Below, piece after piece: positions 61,189 to 64,000 of a stretch of 64,000 nt of DNA. The DNA lies in contig CBDCLE010000017.1 of assembly GCA_965218585.1 (NCBI GenBank), positions 128,001 to 192,000 of the forward strand, read 5' to 3'. The notes below the pieces were generated by a model that worked only from the letters and a program-made list of their open reading frames with translations, searched no databases and was not told where the DNA came from. The position numbers were made by a program, and so were the translations under genes. The first letter of the stretch is position 1; each line of letters starts with the position of its first letter. Source of the DNA: Terriglobia bacterium (lineage in GTDB: Bacteria > Acidobacteriota > Terriglobia > 20CM-2-55-15).

Positions 61189-61592
61189 CATAGACATTCC
61201 GGCATTCCGAGCTGCTCGTGCGAGCGTGAGCTTTCCATCCCCGTACTGCCGGACGTACTGCTCCAACTTCCATTGATGGATCGCTTGCGAGAGCAGTCGG
61301 CGCACAGTTGTTGAGCGATCAGACTGCTCAATATCCCCGATAAACTCCAGTTCACGCACCAATTCCGAGGAGAGTCGATCATACCCTGCAATTCTGGAAT
61401 ATCGTTAGGACGCATGCGCCAATGATGGAAAAGGCGCGAAGCTGGCTTAGGGAGCACGGCTCCCCCGCCCCACGATTTTATTGGACAGTGATTTGAGAAA
61501 CTACAACGTAGGAGGATCACGATATGTCCCGAGGAACGGAGGGGACAGAAGTGCAATGATCTAACTGTTCTTTGCTGAATTTGCGGGGAAGG

Positions 61593-63632
61593 ATGCATCT
61601 ATCACAACTCACTGTCAGGAATTTTCGTCAGTTCGGCGAAGGCCCCGCCGAGCTACAAATTTGTTTTCAGCCGGGTGTTACCGCTCTAGTCGGTCGTAAC
61701 GACTCCGGCAAATTCGCCGTCATTGACGCTGTCCGTTATTCACTGCTCACGCGAGATCAGGAATTCATCCGCGTCCAGCCAGAAGACTTCCATATTGATG
61801 ATGCTGGTAAACAGGCCAGTGAAATCTACATCGTCTGCAAACTTACCGGTCTCACTGACCCGGAAAAGGGCGCGTTCATTGAGTATCTCTCTTATGAGGG
61901 CAATGATGTCGTCCTCTACGTTACCTGGACGGCGCACAAGCTAAGTGAAGCGCCGGGCACACGCCGCTGGATTGATTTGTCGGTGCGTAGCGGGCTTGAC
62001 GGTGCAGGGCCGCCATTCGACATCCCGGTTCGCGAATTGCTTTCCGCCGCGTACCTTCGCCCACTACGGGACGCGGAACGCGAGATGTCTCCGGGAAGAA
62101 GCTCGCGCCTGTCTCAAATCCTTTCTAACGTCCCGGAAATCTCTAAAGGCGAAACTTTCGACGCCGCAAATGTCCCACAGGATGCGGCTGCCGTCGGGAG
62201 ACTCGGTCTTGTCGGGCTATCGGATTACATGCGCCACAACATCAAACATCACGCCGGAGTCGGGAGTGCACAGGACGCGATCAACAAGCAGTATCTGACT
62301 TCACTGTCTTTGCGCGGAGATGATCTGCAAGGCAAGATCGACGTTTCTGAGGGAGGCACGGAGAGCGCGCGACTCCGCCAGATTCTGGAGCGTCTTGAGC
62401 TTAGTCTGCTCGATGCGACAACCGCGGACCCAATGGGCCGCTACGGCCTCGGGTCAAACAATCTGCTGTTCATGGCGTGCGAGCTTCTGTTGCTTGGCAA
62501 AGAACCCGAAGGGCTTCCGTTGCTTCTAATCGAGGAACCGGAAGCTCACCTTCATCCGCAGCGCCAGCTCCGCCTGATGGAGTTTTTGCGACAGGCCGCC
62601 GAAAGGACAATTGAAGGAGCGAACCGCTCAGTTCAGATTCTGATTTCAACGCACAGCCCCAATCTCGCTTCGAAAATTCCTCTTGTGAATTTGGTTCTCT
62701 TGCAAGGGCGGCGGGCTTTCCCGCTCGCAAACGATCAAACGCTGTTGGAGACTGGAGATTACAGGTTTCTTGAACGCTTCCTCGATGTGACGAAGGCCAA
62801 TCTTTTTTTCGCGCACGGGGTACTGGTCGTCGAGGGGAATGCCGAGGCAATCCTCTTGCCAGTCCTTGCAAAGCTCATCGGTAACGATCTTACTGAACAC
62901 GGCGTATCGATTGTCAATGTAGGCGGTAAGGGATTGCGGCGCTTCAGCCGTATTTTCCAACGGAAGGAGCAAGGCGTTCCGACGATAGGCGTTCCGGTTG
63001 CGTGTCTTGCCGATATGGATGTAATGCCGGATTGCACGCCGCAAATCCTCGGTTTGGTCGAAGGCGACGACGACGCGAAATGGCAAAGCGGCAAGCGCCG
63101 ATGGAAGGCAGTTCGGGATTTCGGCGACAATGCAGAACAACGCAACAAGGCGCTGACCGAGCTGCGTGATCGATTGAAAGAGAACGACGGCCAGTCAGTT
63201 CGGACTTTTGTCGCCGATCACTGGACGCTCGAATACGATCTCGCTCGTTGTGGACTGGCCGAACAGATCTATGTCGCGGCTTGCCTGGCGAAAAACGACG
63301 ATCCGTTGAATGAGGAAAAGAAGAACCGCGGAGATGTCGTCACCGAGGCAAAGGCCGAGTTCGCGACGCTCAAGTCCGATTCGGACGATGACGACGCGGT
63401 TTTATGCTCACACATTTACCGCCTATTCTATGGCGGCGGCGCTTCCAAGGCCGTGGCTGCACAATATCTCTCCGAGCTATTGCCGCAATATTGCCAGCAC
63501 GGCGGTATTAATGCGACTGGATTCCGTAAATTGTTGCCTGCCTATCTTGTGAGTGCCATCGACTATGTGACGGCCCAGCCGCTGCATCAGGCTTCCGAAC
63601 CTACCTCGATTGACAGGGGACAAAATGTCTGA
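61593..63632 (+). CDS. OLD-family ATP-dependent nuclease (ABC ATPase + TOPRIM), GajA-like
   Basis: VRNFR, LVGRNDSGK, YLRPLRDAE, GLGSNN, IEEPEAHLHPQRQ, STHSP, LDVTKANLFFA, VEGNAE, DMD, WTLEYDL. Confidence 0.9.
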   Translation: MHLSQLTVRNFRQFGEGPAELQICFQPGVTALVGRNDSGKFAVIDAVRYSLLTRDQEFIRVQPEDFHIDDAGKQASEIYIVCKLTGLTDPEKGAFIEYLSYEGNDVVLYVTWTAHKLSEAPGTRRWIDLSVRSGLDGAGPPFDIPVRELLSAAYLRPLRDAEREMSPGRSSRLSQILSNVPEISKGETFDAANVPQDAAAVGRLGLVGLSDYMRHNIKHHAGVGSAQDAINKQYLTSLSLRGDDLQGKIDVSEGGTESARLRQILERLELSLLDATTADPMGRYGLGSNNLLFMACELLLLGKEPEGLPLLLIEEPEAHLHPQRQLRLMEFLRQAAERTIEGANRSVQILISTHSPNLASKIPLVNLVLLQGRRAFPLANDQTLLETGDYRFLERFLDVTKANLFFAHGVLVVEGNAEAILLPVLAKLIGNDLTEHGVSIVNVGGKGLRRFSRIFQRKEQGVPTIGVPVACLADMDVMPDCTPQILGLVEGDDDAKWQSGKRRWKAVRDFGDNAEQRNKALTELRDRLKENDGQSVRTFVADHWTLEYDLARCGLAEQIYVAACLAKNDDPLNEEKKNRGDVVTEAKAEFATLKSDSDDDDAVLCSHIYRLFYGGGASKAVAAQYLSELLPQYCQHGGINATGFRKLLPAYLVSAIDYVTAQPLHQASEPTSIDRGQNV

Positions 63633-64000
63633 TGCGGAATCCCTCATACCCGAAATCACCGACGATGACATTGAGTGGGTTCGCTTGCTTATGGGGCTCG
63701 ACCCTTTCGATGAGCCCCGGCGCGATTTTCTCAAACGGCGCTCGACCGTCGACCTGTCTGCTTGCCCCGGCAGCGGCAAGACGACGCTCATCGTCACCAA
63801 GCTCGCCATCCTCGCCAGAAAATGGCCACACCGAACCAAGGGACTCTGCGTCCTCTCCCATACCAATGTAGCGCGTGAGCAGATAGAGCATCGGCTCGGC
63901 CGGACAGTTGTCGGACAAAGGCTTCTCGCATATCCCCATTTCATCGACACGATACATGGCGTTGTGAACCGTTTTCTGGCCCTTCCCTGGCTTTTCTCCA
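63625..64000 (+). CDS. UvrD-family helicase, GajB-like (partial, runs off the window)
   Basis: ATG 63625 overlaps the OLD gene stop; reads MSDAESLIPEITDDDI...SACPGSGKTT...CVLSHTNVAREQI...FIDTIHG. Not in the ORF track. Confidence 0.88.
   Translation, partial: MSDAESLIPEITDDDIEWVRLLMGLDPFDEPRRDFLKRRSTVDLSACPGSGKTTLIVTKLAILARKWPHRTKGLCVLSHTNVAREQIEHRLGRTVVGQRLLAYPHFIDTIHGVVNRFLALPWLFS

Larger units (their letters stand above)
59695..61383 (-). pseudogene. UPF0175-family (antitoxin-like) gene split by IS256
   Basis: RLSSELVRELE..EQSDRSTTVRRLL..YGDGKLTLARAARNAG before the IS; VSMWEMMDYARARKVSAQYDIEDLERDI* after it. Confidence 0.7.

Noticed and set aside
63632-63871. 79-aa ORF after the OLD nuclease
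   Set aside because: Wrong frame; the real gene is the UvrD helicase starting at 63625.

Overview
Bacterial chromosomal window of moderately high GC, probably Acidobacteriota. This is inferred from the GRG-rich secreted proteins, DUF6152/DUF5916 genes and a permease-less TolC-HlyD-ABC trio. From left to right it contains: (1) ~0-8 kb, a decaying accessory region with a PAS fragment, truncated phosphoesterase, Fic, astacin-like peptidase, an IS-disrupted EEP nuclease and two IS256-family elements; (2) ~9.5-18 kb, redox/sulfur genes: a PQQ quinohemoprotein, arylsulfotransferase, a UxxC selenoprotein hidden from the ORF track, TauE, napA and a tetraheme napB-like gene; (3) ~21.7-28.5 kb, an hmuSTUV-like module with an exported CobN-type chelatase; (4) FHA, radical SAM and TPM-NTase-LemA genes between two IS256 copies; (5) a coiled-coil adenylate cyclase; (6) an opp operon with six secreted-protein genes between oppA and oppB (three tandem Cys-rich paralogs, a distant homolog, an MBL hydrolase and a SnoaL-like protein), the best candidate here for an undescribed system; (7) prolyl oligopeptidase, sufT, tadA and TolC-HlyD-ABC; (8) tRNA-Ser(CGA) followed by an island with toxin-antitoxin remnants, an IS256 and a Gabija-like OLD nuclease/UvrD pair running off the end. 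Many single-base frameshifts sit in short homopolymers, two of them in tadA, and are probably sequencing errors. All product calls come from motif recognition only; no searches were run.
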